Below the pieces are notes generated by a model, which saw only the letters and a program-made list of their open reading frames with translations, did no database searches and had not been told where the DNA came from. Positions 28,220 through 41,872 of a stretch of DNA of 64,000 bases are shown in pieces. The stretch comes from Pseudomonadota bacterium (GTDB lineage Bacteria; Pseudomonadota; Gammaproteobacteria; Berkiellales; Berkiellaceae): NCBI GenBank assembly GCA_018241965.1, contig JAFECS010000011.1, positions 92,690 through 156,689 on the forward strand, read 5' to 3'. The translations under genes and the position numbers were made by a program. Every line of letters begins with the position of its first letter. Positions within the stretch are counted from its first letter, which is position 1.

Positions 28220-28876
28220 TCAGCTAAGTGCGCGAATGCATTCAGGGCCTTCAAACTTTGGATGATTCATACTGGAAGTTACAGGTTTTATACCTATATC
28301 TTCTGGTTGTGATTGAACAAGTACTTTTACTAAATCTGTAAAATCATAGTCATTGGCTAACCAATTTTCGAAATGTTGTTGTTGGATCACCAAAGGCATT
28401 CTTTCATGAATGATTTGCAATTCTCCCTTGGCCTGATGCGTAATAATGGCACAAGTTTTTATCTCGCCCAAAGGTGATTGCCAAGTTGACCATATTCCTG
28501 CAAAAGCAACCAACGGTTGTTGCTTAAAAAAAATATAATACGGCTGCTTTTTTGCACCAAATTTTCTCCATTCAAAATAACCTGATGCAGGAATTAAACA
28601 ACGCCTTTTTAAGGCCGCTTCTTTAAAGGTCGGCTTTTCAAGCAATGAATCTAGACGTGCTTTGATGTGCCCCAACGGCATTTCACCTTGTGGCTTAACC
28701 CAACTGGCAATAAAACCCCAACGACAAAATTCTACTTGTTGGGGCATACCCATGATGACGGGAATAGTCTGTGTGGGTGCAATATTATAACGCGGCCTCA
28801 TCACCAAGGGACCCTTGGCATGAAAGGTTGTTAATATTTCTTGCTCACTAGCATGTAAAGCATATCGACCACACAT
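28220..28876 (-). CDS. SOS response-associated peptidase (SRAP/YedK, abasic-site protection)
   Basis: MCGRY catalytic N-terminus, PRYNIAPTQ, RRCLIPASGYFEW, IHERMP. Confidence 0.92.
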   Translation of the reverse strand: MCGRYALHASEQEILTTFHAKGPLVMRPRYNIAPTQTIPVIMGMPQQVEFCRWGFIASWVKPQGEMPLGHIKARLDSLLEKPTFKEAALKRRCLIPASGYFEWRKFGAKKQPYYIFFKQQPLVAFAGIWSTWQSPLGEIKTCAIITHQAKGELQIIHERMPLVIQQQHFENWLANDYDFTDLVKVLVQSQPEDIGIKPVTSSMNHPKFEGPECIRALS

Positions 28877-28885
28877 GCAGCGCTC

Positions 28886-30715
28886 TTATTCTACCGTAAC
28901 AGATTTCGCTAAATTCCTTGGCTGATCAACATCTGTTCCTTTGAGCACAGCAACATGATAAGCCAATAATTGCAGTAATATGGTAAACGCAACCGGCGCA
29001 AGCAAGGAGCCCACAAACGGGATCTCAATGACGGTAATTTCTTTATTTGAATGCAAATCAACGCCTCTTTCAGCGAAAACTATCAGCTCTCCTTGGCGTG
29101 CTCGCACTTCTTGTAAATTTGAAATCAATTTTTCAATGACATGATCATTGGCCGCAAGTGCTACCACGGGCATATTTTTATCCACCAAAGCTAACGGGCC
29201 GTGTTTTAACTCCCCGGCAGGATAAGCTTCTGCATGAATATAAGAAATTTCTTTAAGCTTTAACGCACCTTCTCTGGCGATAGGATATTCAAGCCCTCTA
29301 CCTAAAAAGAGCGCATGTTCTTTTTTATCAAAACGATGCGCTAATTTGGCAATCGCTTCATCCAACTGTAATATTTGCTCAACCATTTGTGGCAAAGCGC
29401 GTAACGTTTGCACAATTTGGTGATCGTTTATTTTATTATTAAAGCGTCGGCCTAAACATTGCACCAACATTAACAGCGCCACCAATTGTGTGGTAAAGGC
29501 TTTTGTGGAAGCAACCCCAATTTCTGGTCCTGCGTGCGTTAAAAGTACCAGATCAGATTCGCGCACAAGCGAACTTTCTGGCACATTACAAATTACCAAT
29601 TTTCCACAATAATTTTCACTTTTTATACCACGGGTTGCCGCTAAGGTGTCTGCCGTTTCACCGGATTGCGATAACGTCACAAAGAGAGTGCCTTTATTGA
29701 CCACACTGCGTCTATAACGCATTTCGCTGGCAACTTCCACTTGGCAAGGGATCCCCACCATCTCTTCAATCCAATATTTAGCAACTAACCCTGCATGAAA
29801 GCTCGTACCGCAAGCAACAATTTGAATTTCGCGGGTATTATCAAATATAGTCTTTGCCTTGGCGCCAAAAATTTCATCGGGAATATCATTTTCATTAAGC
29901 CGACCAGACAACGCTGAACGAATAGCTTCAGGTTGTTCAAAGATCTCTTTTTGCATGAAATGCCGATATTTTCCTCTGTCGGTATTTTGCAATGTTAGCG
30001 CTATCTTTCTTGCTTTACGCTCAACCTTGTTCCCCAACCTATCGTAAATGGCATAATGATCGCGAAATACTTCAGCCACATCACCATCTTCTAAAATAAT
30101 AAAATCTTGGGTAAAGGGGAGCAACGCTAAACTGTCAGAAGCGATATAATTTTCGCCATTGCCTAAACCAATCACTAACGGCGCACCGTGTCTGGCAGCA
30201 ATTATCCTATCTGGGGTATCTTGTGAAACAACCACCAAAGCATAAGCGCCTTGTAGCTCTTTAACCGTAGAAAGCATGGCTTGTAAAATATCATTGGATT
30301 TTTCAAGCTCTGCCCCAACCCATTGCACAATCACTTCAGAATCGGTTTCCGAAAAAAATTGAACGTTTCGTTTTTCTAAGTCTTGTCTTAAGCGAAGATA
30401 ATTTTCAATAATGCCATTATGAACTAAGGCTATTTTGTTTTGGAACATATGAGGATGCGCATTCGTTTCGCTTGGTTTACCATGCGTAGCCCATCGGGTA
30501 TGCGCAATCCCAACTTTGCCGAGCAAGGGCTCTTTATCGTGCGCTTGCAGCAACTGATTCACCTTACCACAAATTCTTAAGCGTTCTAATTTGCCTGCAT
30601 CATTTAACACTGCCATGCCCGCAGAATCATACCCACGATATTCCAGACGTTTTAGCCCTTCTAGCAAAATAGGGGATATTTCTCTTTGTGCTATACCTGC
30701 GGTGATTCCACACAT
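28886..30715 (-). CDS. glmS: Glutamine--fructose-6-phosphate aminotransferase
   Basis: MCGI, EYRGYDSAG, HTRWATHG, QSGETADT, PRNLAKSVTVE. Confidence 0.98.
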   Translation of the reverse strand: MCGITAGIAQREISPILLEGLKRLEYRGYDSAGMAVLNDAGKLERLRICGKVNQLLQAHDKEPLLGKVGIAHTRWATHGKPSETNAHPHMFQNKIALVHNGIIENYLRLRQDLEKRNVQFFSETDSEVIVQWVGAELEKSNDILQAMLSTVKELQGAYALVVVSQDTPDRIIAARHGAPLVIGLGNGENYIASDSLALLPFTQDFIILEDGDVAEVFRDHYAIYDRLGNKVERKARKIALTLQNTDRGKYRHFMQKEIFEQPEAIRSALSGRLNENDIPDEIFGAKAKTIFDNTREIQIVACGTSFHAGLVAKYWIEEMVGIPCQVEVASEMRYRRSVVNKGTLFVTLSQSGETADTLAATRGIKSENYCGKLVICNVPESSLVRESDLVLLTHAGPEIGVASTKAFTTQLVALLMLVQCLGRRFNNKINDHQIVQTLRALPQMVEQILQLDEAIAKLAHRFDKKEHALFLGRGLEYPIAREGALKLKEISYIHAEAYPAGELKHGPLALVDKNMPVVALAANDHVIEKLISNLQEVRARQGELIVFAERGVDLHSNKEITVIEIPFVGSLLAPVAFTILLQLLAYHVAVLKGTDVDQPRNLAKSVTVE

Positions 30716-30724
30716 AAATCGTCC

Positions 30725-32113
30725 TTAAGGGTTTTCTTGTTTATTATTGGGCGTTGTTGACTTTTTTGGTCGTGCCCATTTTTTACTGCGTTGATTTAAC
30801 TGATGCGTTAAGGTCAACTGGTTTTCAGGTACATCTTTATTTACCGTAGAGCCAGCGCCAATGGTGGCCCCTTTCCCAACGCGAATGGGGGCAATAAGCT
30901 GCGTATCAGAACCTATAAATACTTCATCTTCAATAATAGTGTGATGTTTGTTTGCCCCATCATAATTACAAGTGATAGTGCCTGCACCAATATTGACATC
31001 ATTGCCTATGGTTGCATCGCCCACATAACTTAAGTGATTAATTTTTGAATGATTTCCAATGGTGGCATTTTTAATTTCAACGAAGTTACCCACACGTACG
31101 CTTTGGCCCAACTTTGTGCCAGGTCTTAAACGGGCAAAAGGTCCTACGGTGGCGTTATCATCAATGGTGACATCTTCTAAGTAACAGTTTGCCAACACGG
31201 TAACATTTTCGCCTAAAGTGGCATTCTTGAGTATACAATTTGGCCCAATATGACACCCTTTTTTGAGGGTCACTTGCCCTTCAAATATGGCATTTATATC
31301 AATAAATACTTCTGATTGAACATCAAGCTTGCCTCGAACATCCAGTCTCCCAGGATCGGCCAGCGTAACCCCTTTAGCCATTAAGGCATTGGCCATTTTG
31401 TATTGATAAGCGCGCTCTACTTGTGCGAGCTGCGCTTGATCATTGACACCCAAAATATCTTCGATGTGAAGCGGCGCAAGCGTGAAGATATTGATCCCTT
31501 CCTTCGCTGCCATTTCAACAATATCGGTAAGATAAAATTCATTTTGTTTGTTTTTATTTTGTATTTGCGGCACCCATTTGTGGAGCAAGTGGCCGGGCAC
31601 AAGGTATATTCCTGTATTTATTTCACAGATTTTTTGCTCTTGTTCTGTGGCATCTTTTTGTTCAACTACTTTGAGTACGTTGCCATTATTATCTCTGACA
31701 ATGCGCCCAAGCCCAAAAGGATTTCCCATGGTGAGGGTGATGATGCCCAAACCGTCCTTTGTTTTTTCAACTAATTGATTTAATGTCTCAGTCGAAATTA
31801 AAGGCACATCTCCATACAAAATAAGCACTTTTTCATTGGTGTTTATCTTGGGGAGCGCTTTAAGAACAGCATCTGCAGTTCCTTGTTGAGGAACTTGCTC
31901 AACAAATTCTAGCGCTTGATTTGCAAAGGCTTGCTGTATCGCTTGCTTTTGATGGCCACACACCACAATAATAGAAGTGGGAGATAAGGCTCTTGCTGCA
32001 TCAATGACATGCGCTAACATAGGCTTTCCCGCCAAGGGGTGGAGCACTTTGGGTAAGGATGACTTCATCCTGGTACCCTGCCCCGCAGCTAGAACAACTA
32101 TCTTCAGCCCCAT
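30725..32113 (-). CDS. glmU: Bifunctional UDP-GlcNAc pyrophosphorylase / GlcN-1-P acetyltransferase
   Basis: LAAGQGTRMKS..PKVLH, hexapeptide repeats, NYDGANKH. Confidence 0.98.
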   Translation of the reverse strand: MGLKIVVLAAGQGTRMKSSLPKVLHPLAGKPMLAHVIDAARALSPTSIIVVCGHQKQAIQQAFANQALEFVEQVPQQGTADAVLKALPKINTNEKVLILYGDVPLISTETLNQLVEKTKDGLGIITLTMGNPFGLGRIVRDNNGNVLKVVEQKDATEQEQKICEINTGIYLVPGHLLHKWVPQIQNKNKQNEFYLTDIVEMAAKEGINIFTLAPLHIEDILGVNDQAQLAQVERAYQYKMANALMAKGVTLADPGRLDVRGKLDVQSEVFIDINAIFEGQVTLKKGCHIGPNCILKNATLGENVTVLANCYLEDVTIDDNATVGPFARLRPGTKLGQSVRVGNFVEIKNATIGNHSKINHLSYVGDATIGNDVNIGAGTITCNYDGANKHHTIIEDEVFIGSDTQLIAPIRVGKGATIGAGSTVNKDVPENQLTLTHQLNQRSKKWARPKKSTTPNNKQENP

Positions 32114-32154
32114 ATGGTTTAACCTTTTGTTCGCTATTTGTTTGTATTAAATAG

Positions 32155-32180
32155 AAAAAAGGCTGAAAAACCCAGCCTTT
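32155..32180 (-). terminator. Terminator after the atp operon
   Basis: AAAGGCTG-GGTTTTT-CAGCCTTT running into a T tract on the minus strand. Confidence 0.7.
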
Positions 32181-32214
32181 ATTCTTTTTTCCATTTTTTT
32201 AAGTAAGAAATCAC

Positions 32215-32652
32215 TTACTTCACTTTGCCCTTCTTTTTGGCTTCCTTAAGTGTTCGCAACAACCCCGCTGCTCTAGCAAGCTCAGCGCGTGCACGAGCAT
32301 AATCAATATCTGCTTTATGATCTTTAAGCATTCTTTCTGCTTGCTGCTTAGCTTTTACAGCTTCTGCTTCATTTAAGTCCCTTGCACGGACTACCGTATC
32401 TGCCAAAATAGTGACTATATTAGGCTGGACTTCTAGGATCCCCCCTGTCACATAAATGATCTCTTCTTTAGCATTTGCATCCTTTATACGTACAGGCCCA
32501 GGCAATAATCCCGTGAGCAATGGGGCATGACCAGGAGTTACTTCTAGCTCACCCATTATGCCCGTAGCAAAAACTCGTTGCGCTTTGCCCGTAAAAATTT
32601 CGGCTTCCGCGCTGACGATGTTTAGCTGTAATGTAGATGTTGCAGGATTCAT
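32215..32652 (-). CDS. atpC: ATP synthase epsilon
   Basis: IVSAE, GELEVTPGHAPL, GGILEVQP, TILADT. Confidence 0.95.
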   Translation of the reverse strand: MNPATSTLQLNIVSAEAEIFTGKAQRVFATGIMGELEVTPGHAPLLTGLLPGPVRIKDANAKEEIIYVTGGILEVQPNIVTILADTVVRARDLNEAEAVKAKQQAERMLKDHKADIDYARARAELARAAGLLRTLKEAKKKGKVK

Positions 32653-32660
32653 TATATGTT

Positions 32661-34085
<1,425 letters not shown>

Positions 34086-34958
34086 TTAAACTGCGGCGGC
34101 GCCACTCACTATCTCGGCAAGTTCGCGTGTTATCGCTGCTTGTCTTGCTTTGTTATAAGCCAATTGTAAGCTATCGATTAAATCTCCCGCGTTATCAGAA
34201 GCACTTCTCATTGCTAACATTCGAGCAGCTTGTTCGCAGGCGAAATTCTCAACTATCGCGTGATAAACCTGTGATTCGATGTAACGGGTCAACAATAAAT
34301 CAAGCACTTCTTTAGCATCAGGCTCGTAAATATATTCACCACGCTTTGTCTCGGGCACGTCGTTATCATCATCCAATTGCATGATGGGCAAAAGTTTTTC
34401 AATAACGGGTTGCTGGCTCATCGTATTAATGAATCGATTGTAGCTAATGTAAAGAGCATCTAATTTTTCGTCATTGTAAGCATCTAACATTACTCGAACA
34501 GGCCCAATAACATCAGCAATAGAGGGGGTATCCCCTAAACGCCCGGCTGACGCTAAAACATTTGCCCCCAACCTTTTAAGGAAGAGCTCTGCTTTAGTTC
34601 CAATTGCACACAAGGAGGGTTCCTTTTTTTCATCTTGCCAGCCTTGCAATTGAATAATGAGCTGTCGGAAAGTGTTGACGTTTAAACCACCGCATAAACC
34701 GCGATCAGTCGAAACAACAATCATCCCTACACGCTTTGGCTCTCTGGCCAACATAAAAGGATGTCGATACTCGGCTCGATTTCCTTCAGATAAGTGCTTA
34801 ATCACTACTCGAATATGTTCAGCATAGGGGCGAGATGCCAGCATACGATTCTGTGCCTTTCGCATTTTGCTAGCAGCCACCATTTCCATCGCTCGCGTAA
34901 TTTTTTGGGTACTTTTAATACTTTTAATTTTTGAGCGAATTTCTTTTGCACCTGACAT
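34086..34958 (-). CDS. atpG: ATP synthase gamma
   Basis: [31 protein letters not shown]. Confidence 0.98.
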   Translation of the reverse strand: MSGAKEIRSKIKSIKSTQKITRAMEMVAASKMRKAQNRMLASRPYAEHIRVVIKHLSEGNRAEYRHPFMLAREPKRVGMIVVSTDRGLCGGLNVNTFRQLIIQLQGWQDEKKEPSLCAIGTKAELFLKRLGANVLASAGRLGDTPSIADVIGPVRVMLDAYNDEKLDALYISYNRFINTMSQQPVIEKLLPIMQLDDDNDVPETKRGEYIYEPDAKEVLDLLLTRYIESQVYHAIVENFACEQAARMLAMRSASDNAGDLIDSLQLAYNKARQAAITRELAEIVSGAAAV

Positions 34959-34978
34959 ATTAACGCCTTTTTATTTTA

Positions 34979-36526
34979 TCAGGATTGCCAAGCATGCGAT
35001 TTTTTAAACGCATCAAGAGCAGCTTTCAGTCGCTGTTCAATATCGTCGTTGTAATCACATTTTTGGTTGATCTCGTTAACTAATTCTTTGTGTTGATGGT
35101 TCATGTAGCTTAAGAGCGCTTTTTCAAAATCAACAACAAGATTCAATTTAACATCATCTAAATAACCTTTATCTGCGGCAAATAACACAACCGCCATTTC
35201 AGCAACAGATAGAGGGGTGTATTGTGACTGTTTCATGGATTCCGTCACACGCTGCCCACGTTCCAATTGTTTGCGGGTTGCTTCATCTAAATCAGAAGCA
35301 AACTGCGCGAAAGCAGCCAATTCACGATATTGCGCTAAGGCAAGACGTACACCACCACCTAATTTCTTAATGATTTTGGTTTGAGCCGCACCACCTACAC
35401 GTGAAACGGAAAGACCTGCGTTGATAGCGGGCCTGATACCAGCATTGAATAAATCACTTTCTAAGAAAATCTGACCATCGGTAATAGAAATAACGTTGGT
35501 CGGTACGAACGCAGAAACGTCGCCAGCTTGTGTTTCAATAATAGGCAATGCTGTTAATGATCCTGTTTTTCCTTTAACGGCTCCGTTGGTGGCTTTTTCC
35601 ACATATTCTTCATTGACACGAGCCGCACGTTCCAGCAAGCGTGAATGCAAATAGAATACATCGCCAGGATAGGCTTCTCGCCCTGGCGGTCTACGCAATA
35701 ACAAGGAAACTTGACGATAAGCCCAAGCTTGCTTAGTTAAATCGTCATAAACAATTAATGCATCCTCACCTTTATCACGAAAATACTCACCCATCGCGCA
35801 ACCAGAATAGGGGGCAATGAATTGCAATGCCGCAGCTTCTGCTGCCGTTGCTGCAACAACAATAGTATGAGCAAGCGCGCCAAACTCTTCTAACTTACGA
35901 ACAACGTTAGCAACAGAAGAAGCCTTTTGCCCTATAGCAACGTAAATACATTTAACGCCCGTTCCTTTTTGGTTAATAATCGTATCAATCGCTATGGCTG
36001 TTTTACCCGTTTGCCTGTCGCCGATAATTAACTCACGCTGACCGCGACCAACTGGCACCATGGCATCGATTGCTTTTAAGCCGGTTTGAATAGGTTGGCT
36101 TACCGATTTTCTGGTAATTACCCCTGGCGCCACTTTTTCGATAGGGGAGGTTTTTGTGGTTTGAATATCTCCTTTGCCATCAATTGGGCGTCCCAAGGAG
36201 TCAACCACGCGACCTAATAACGCTTCCCCAACGGGGACTTCTAAAATTCTGCCCGTACACTCTACTGTCTGGCCTTCGGCCAAGTGATCTGAAGGACCTA
36301 AAACAACCGCTCCCACAGAGTCTCGCTCAAGGTTCAATGCCATACCATAAACATCACCGGGGAACTTGATCATTTCCCCTTGCATGACATCATTTAAACC
36401 AAAAATTCGGACAATACCGTCCCCTACACTGATGATAGTGCCAACGGTACGTACTTTTGCATCTATGTCCGTTTTTTCAATCCGTTGTTTAATAAGATCA
36501 CTAATTTCTGAAGGATTAAGTCGCAT
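34979..36526 (-). CDS. atpA: ATP synthase alpha
   Basis: [21 protein letters not shown]. Confidence 0.98.
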   Translation of the reverse strand: MRLNPSEISDLIKQRIEKTDIDAKVRTVGTIISVGDGIVRIFGLNDVMQGEMIKFPGDVYGMALNLERDSVGAVVLGPSDHLAEGQTVECTGRILEVPVGEALLGRVVDSLGRPIDGKGDIQTTKTSPIEKVAPGVITRKSVSQPIQTGLKAIDAMVPVGRGQRELIIGDRQTGKTAIAIDTIINQKGTGVKCIYVAIGQKASSVANVVRKLEEFGALAHTIVVAATAAEAAALQFIAPYSGCAMGEYFRDKGEDALIVYDDLTKQAWAYRQVSLLLRRPPGREAYPGDVFYLHSRLLERAARVNEEYVEKATNGAVKGKTGSLTALPIIETQAGDVSAFVPTNVISITDGQIFLESDLFNAGIRPAINAGLSVSRVGGAAQTKIIKKLGGGVRLALAQYRELAAFAQFASDLDEATRKQLERGQRVTESMKQSQYTPLSVAEMAVVLFAADKGYLDDVKLNLVVDFEKALLSYMNHQHKELVNEINQKCDYNDDIEQRLKAALDAFKKSHAWQS

Positions 36527-36543
36527 ATGTTCTTAGCCTATTC

Positions 36544-37083
36544 TTATGAAATACCAATAGCGTCGCCAAGTTTAGCGAGCCTGCCTCGAATTGAGCCATC
36601 TATTACCAGATCTTGAGAGCGGATGATGGCTCCCCCCAAAATGGATTTATCTACTTGGCAATGGAGCTCAATATTACAATTCATTCGCTCTTTAAGCACT
36701 TTTACAAATTTTTCTTGATCTTTATCGCTAAGCGGGTATGCCGATATCAGCTCAACACTCCTCACTCTTTCGGCTAACGCGCGCAACTCTTCATAAAGCG
36801 CGGCTATTTCCGGAAGTAATGTTAAGCGTTTGAATCTCCCTAAAATCCAAATAAAATTCTGCATTTGAGCAGAATAAAGATCTTTGCCAATCGATAAATA
36901 GAGCTCGACCAATTGCTTAGTGCTAAATTGTGGATCTTTTGCCAAAGCAGCAGCCTGTTTGTCACTTGCAATCATGGCTGCGTGTGCCAACATATCCGAC
37001 CATTTGGCCAAAGCATGTTCGCTTTGCGCTAGCTCAAAAGCTGCTTTTGCATAAGGTCTGGCATAAGTGCGATTTTTAGACAT
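36544..37083 (-). CDS. atpH: ATP synthase delta
   Basis: ARPYAKAAF, ILGGAII, IDGS. Confidence 0.95.
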   Translation of the reverse strand: MSKNRTYARPYAKAAFELAQSEHALAKWSDMLAHAAMIASDKQAAALAKDPQFSTKQLVELYLSIGKDLYSAQMQNFIWILGRFKRLTLLPEIAALYEELRALAERVRSVELISAYPLSDKDQEKFVKVLKERMNCNIELHCQVDKSILGGAIIRSQDLVIDGSIRGRLAKLGDAIGIS

Positions 37084-37091
37084 GCTCCCCT

Positions 37092-37562
37092 CTAAATTTC
37101 TTGCGCTAGCTTCTCTAGCATTTGTTGATGAGCATGAGGATCCACACTTTGCCCTAACACTTTTTCCGCACCAACAAGAGCAATGCCAGCAACCTGTTTA
37201 CGTAAGCTTTCTTTGGCTTGCGCAACCATTTGGTTTACTTCAGCATGTGATTGGGCAATGATTCGCTGCGCTTCTTCATGAGCTTGTTGGCGAGCCTTAT
37301 CAACAATGCCATCGGCTTGCTTTTTGGCCTCAAGAACAATGTTCGCACCTTCTTCTTTGCTTTGCTTCAAGTTTATTTCCACTTGCTCTTTAGCTCGCGC
37401 AAGCTCTTGATGGCCTTTTTCAGCAGCAGCTAGGCCATCAGCAATTTTCGCTTGTCGTTCTTTAAGCGCATGAAAAATAGGTGGCCAAACATAGCGCTTG
37501 GTGATCCACACAAACAGAACAAATGTAATCATTTGCCCTAATAACGTGAGGTTGATATTCAC
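37092..37562 (-). CDS. atpF: ATP synthase subunit b
   Basis: [24 protein letters not shown]; GTG start. Confidence 0.95.
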   Translation of the reverse strand: MNINLTLLGQMITFVLFVWITKRYVWPPIFHALKERQAKIADGLAAAEKGHQELARAKEQVEINLKQSKEEGANIVLEAKKQADGIVDKARQQAHEEAQRIIAQSHAEVNQMVAQAKESLRKQVAGIALVGAEKVLGQSVDPHAHQQMLEKLAQEI

Positions 37563-37585
37563 GGCAATAAATCTCCAAGTTACCC

Positions 37586-37888
<303 letters not shown>

Positions 37889-37919
37889 TCAATATAAAAT
37901 AAACTCATAATCAAAACCT

Positions 37920-39100
<1,181 letters not shown>

Positions 39101-39427
39101 TACCTTTTACCCAGGGTAGATAGCTTGCCAAGCGCGCAAAGTATACTGGGAGTGCAAATTTTAATCAATCGTTATAGAGAGCGGCGCTGGCTAACTATTT
39201 AGTTAAATGTCGTAACTTAGTGCTAAGCGGCGGTTTCTTCGTTAAGCAAACGATTCAGGAGCTGGCTGCCGCGTGATATTGGTAGCACCCGAATCTGCGC
39301 AGCCTCACCTCCTTTTGAGCCCCCCATTAAAATGCTGAAAAAGTCATTTTAAGCAGCATTTATAAGGGATTTTTGTTGATTTAGTAGTAAATAAAACGTA
39401 CTCTGCGCCCTGGCTATCACTAAAGAA

Positions 39428-40357
39428 ATGCAGAAAATGAAGTTTTTATCCCCCAGACATATTGCCTTTTTCACTCTTTTTGGCCTTTTCATTCATCACA
39501 CTGCGAGCGCCTTTAACCACCATGGCGCGCTGTGCAAGCAAAATCAGCATGCTTTTGGTTTACTTGCCACCGATCCCTTGTTAGATGAAATTGAAAAAGA
39601 TCTCCCCCCGGAGCCACCACTCAGCCACACGGGAAAATCTTTAGTTACATTTAATAAGCAAGGTTTTGATGTGGTTGATGCGGCAACAGCGCAAGATAGT
39701 TTTTTAATTCAATCTATCTCTGATTTTAGCAAACATGCCACACACCCTATATTAGAAATTGGTGGCGGTTATGGGCGTTTAAGTCAAATTATGTTAGCCC
39801 AAGGTGCCACGGTTATCGAAAACGATTTGGATATGAGGCATTTAATCTATGGACGCAAGTTGATAGCACCTGAATTAAGAGATCATTTATATCTTAATGC
39901 CCATCGTTTTCCGCGCGCAGTCATATTAAAGCCTAATAGCTTGTCAGGCGTGGTTTTACATCGCGTTATCCATCTTATGACCCCCGATGAAATTGAAGAA
40001 GGATTTGCTAAAATAAATAAGTGGTTGGTGCCAGGAGGCAAAATATTTATTGCCGTACTTCCCCCTCAACATATTAAATATCGTGATAAAGTTTTGGCAA
40101 CCTACGAACAGCGCTGGCAACAAGGGCAAGCGTGGCCAGGGGCGGGCTTTAATAGCAAAATGCTTTTACCAGAACAAGCGTATGCGTTACCTAAAACATT
40201 ACATGTCATGGATGAAAGACCTTTAAAGCTTGCTTTAGAAAAATATGGTTTTAAAGTGGAGAAATATGGATTTATTCCCATGAAAAAATTCCATGGCACA
40301 AAAGAAGATGCCGGCAAGGAACTTTTTGGATTAGTGGCCGTAAAGCACCCCCTTTAA
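39428..40357 (+). CDS. Class I SAM-dependent methyltransferase with predicted signal peptide
   Basis: ILEIGGGYG motif I, ENDLD, RVIHL, WLVPGGKIFI; N-terminal hydrophobic segment ending ASA. Confidence 0.75.
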   Translation: MQKMKFLSPRHIAFFTLFGLFIHHTASAFNHHGALCKQNQHAFGLLATDPLLDEIEKDLPPEPPLSHTGKSLVTFNKQGFDVVDAATAQDSFLIQSISDFSKHATHPILEIGGGYGRLSQIMLAQGATVIENDLDMRHLIYGRKLIAPELRDHLYLNAHRFPRAVILKPNSLSGVVLHRVIHLMTPDEIEEGFAKINKWLVPGGKIFIAVLPPQHIKYRDKVLATYEQRWQQGQAWPGAGFNSKMLLPEQAYALPKTLHVMDERPLKLALEKYGFKVEKYGFIPMKKFHGTKEDAGKELFGLVAVKHPL

Positions 40358-40369
40358 AAACAAAGGGGG
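40347..40369. terminator. Probable terminator between convergent genes
   Basis: CCCCCTTT-AAAAAC-AAAGGGGG followed by TTTTT. Confidence 0.6.
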
Positions 40370-40373
40370 GTTT

Positions 40374-40652
40374 TTAACGCAGTCTTTGTTGCTCTTGCAA
40401 ATCATCTCGCTCAATTTCTTTGTTTATCAAATACACTGTAGTTAGAGCCATTGCACTAATCGTCACTGTATAACCCAAAACAAAAACTCTAAAGGAAAAA
40501 ATGGGATCTTGCATATTCTCATACAAAGCATGAGCCGCATTACAACCAACATCTAAAGCCGCTTTTGCGGCACAACCGGCTGCCTCTCCTGCAGCAGTAA
40601 TTGTTTCCTGTGCGGTAAATTTTTCAAGACATTTTGATAAAGCATCTAACAT
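40374..40652 (-). CDS. Hypothetical small protein with one C-terminal TM segment
   Basis: 92-aa ORF with ATG, Ala-rich N-terminal half and hydrophobic VFVLGYTVTISAMALTTVYLI. Confidence 0.55.
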   Translation of the reverse strand: MLDALSKCLEKFTAQETITAAGEAAGCAAKAALDVGCNAAHALYENMQDPIFSFRVFVLGYTVTISAMALTTVYLINKEIERDDLQEQQRLR

Positions 40653-40773
40653 GATTTAAATCTCAAATCAATAAATTACTAGGCTTATAGTATCAAAAAC
40701 CGTATACAAGGTGAATTGCCTCCCCCCTCAAAGCCAGTTATATTAAAGATCTAATCCACCTGGAAATTGTACA

Positions 40774-41286
40774 ATGAAATATAACCCACAATCCTTATTT
40801 GTAAGCCAACAAGGCCAAGCACTGTATCCTGAGTCAGGGTGTGGGGTAGCATCATTATTGATGTTACTTAAATTTATTAACTATTCCCCCTTGCCCAACT
40901 GGGAAAAGCTTTGCGGCAATTTAAGGCTTGATGTCTCACCCGTAGAAAAAGGCTATGCCAAAGAAAACCCTGAAATAGGGTTGTATCCCGAAGATATCTT
41001 CAGATTTGCGGTAAAAGAAAATCTTTTATTCAGAGTGCATTTTTTTGATGATGAATGGCAAAGTTGTTTAGAAATTGCGCCCATCATGGTATTGCTCGAT
41101 GGCATTATCAAAGAATATCCAGAAGAACCGCATTGGGTGGTACTAACTTCTTATGATGGCAAAATATTTTCATATCTTGACCCATGGTCTAAAGAAAGTG
41201 ACTCTAAGAAAATAGCGTTAGCTGATTTTAAGCAATTTTATACCGGCATTGCCTGTCAGCTTTTAGCTAAGCAAAAATCACTTTAA
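40774..41286 (+). CDS. Peptidase C39-like (papain-fold) protein
   Basis: Q..GCGVASLLMLL (Cys), HWVVL (His), YLDPW (Asp). Confidence 0.75.
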   Translation: MKYNPQSLFVSQQGQALYPESGCGVASLLMLLKFINYSPLPNWEKLCGNLRLDVSPVEKGYAKENPEIGLYPEDIFRFAVKENLLFRVHFFDDEWQSCLEIAPIMVLLDGIIKEYPEEPHWVVLTSYDGKIFSYLDPWSKESDSKKIALADFKQFYTGIACQLLAKQKSL

Positions 41287-41348
41287 TTTCATTCTAGCGA
41301 ATTTTTACAAAATAATTAAAACAACTTTTCGCCCTCAGGAAATTTATC

Positions 41349-41849
41349 ATGACAAATACTGAATTTACCTTACGCTTAGGCACACATGCTGATTTTGATT
41401 CATTATATGCAATCTACATGCATGGATCTGTTAACCCTTATTTAAATTTTGAAATAATGGATAAAAAATCATTTGAGCCTATTTTTAATGAATTACGTCA
41501 AAGCGGTGATTTATATGTTTATGAGCACGATAAAAAAATAGTTGCTACTTGTATTGCCATGCGGCTAAAACGTCGCGCTCAGCATGTTGCTACTTTGGGC
41601 ACCTTGGCAACCCATCCTAATTTTCAAGGAAAAGGGATAGGATCGCAATTCATACAAAAAATAATTACTCTCCTTAAAGAGCAAGGCATTAAAAGAATCG
41701 ATTTGTTTGCTGAAGCCGATAACCTCAAAGCTATTCATTTTTATAAAAAGATGGGTTTTGAGCTTGAAGGGGTTTTAAAAAAGTATTTTTTAAGAGAAAA
41801 TGAAAATAAGTATATCGACGAACATTTAATGGCTTTGATAGTAAATTGA
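41349..41849 (+). CDS. GNAT family N-acetyltransferase
   Basis: HPNFQGKGIGS acetyl-CoA motif, N.KAIHFYKKMGFE.EG. Confidence 0.9.
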   Translation: MTNTEFTLRLGTHADFDSLYAIYMHGSVNPYLNFEIMDKKSFEPIFNELRQSGDLYVYEHDKKIVATCIAMRLKRRAQHVATLGTLATHPNFQGKGIGSQFIQKIITLLKEQGIKRIDLFAEADNLKAIHFYKKMGFELEGVLKKYFLRENENKYIDEHLMALIVN

Positions 41850-41872
41850 GCTTAAATAAAAAAGGAAAGCAT

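Noticed and set aside
39240-39320. SAH or SAM riboswitch upstream of the methyltransferase
   Set aside because: Conserved core sequences of those riboswitches were not recognisable by eye
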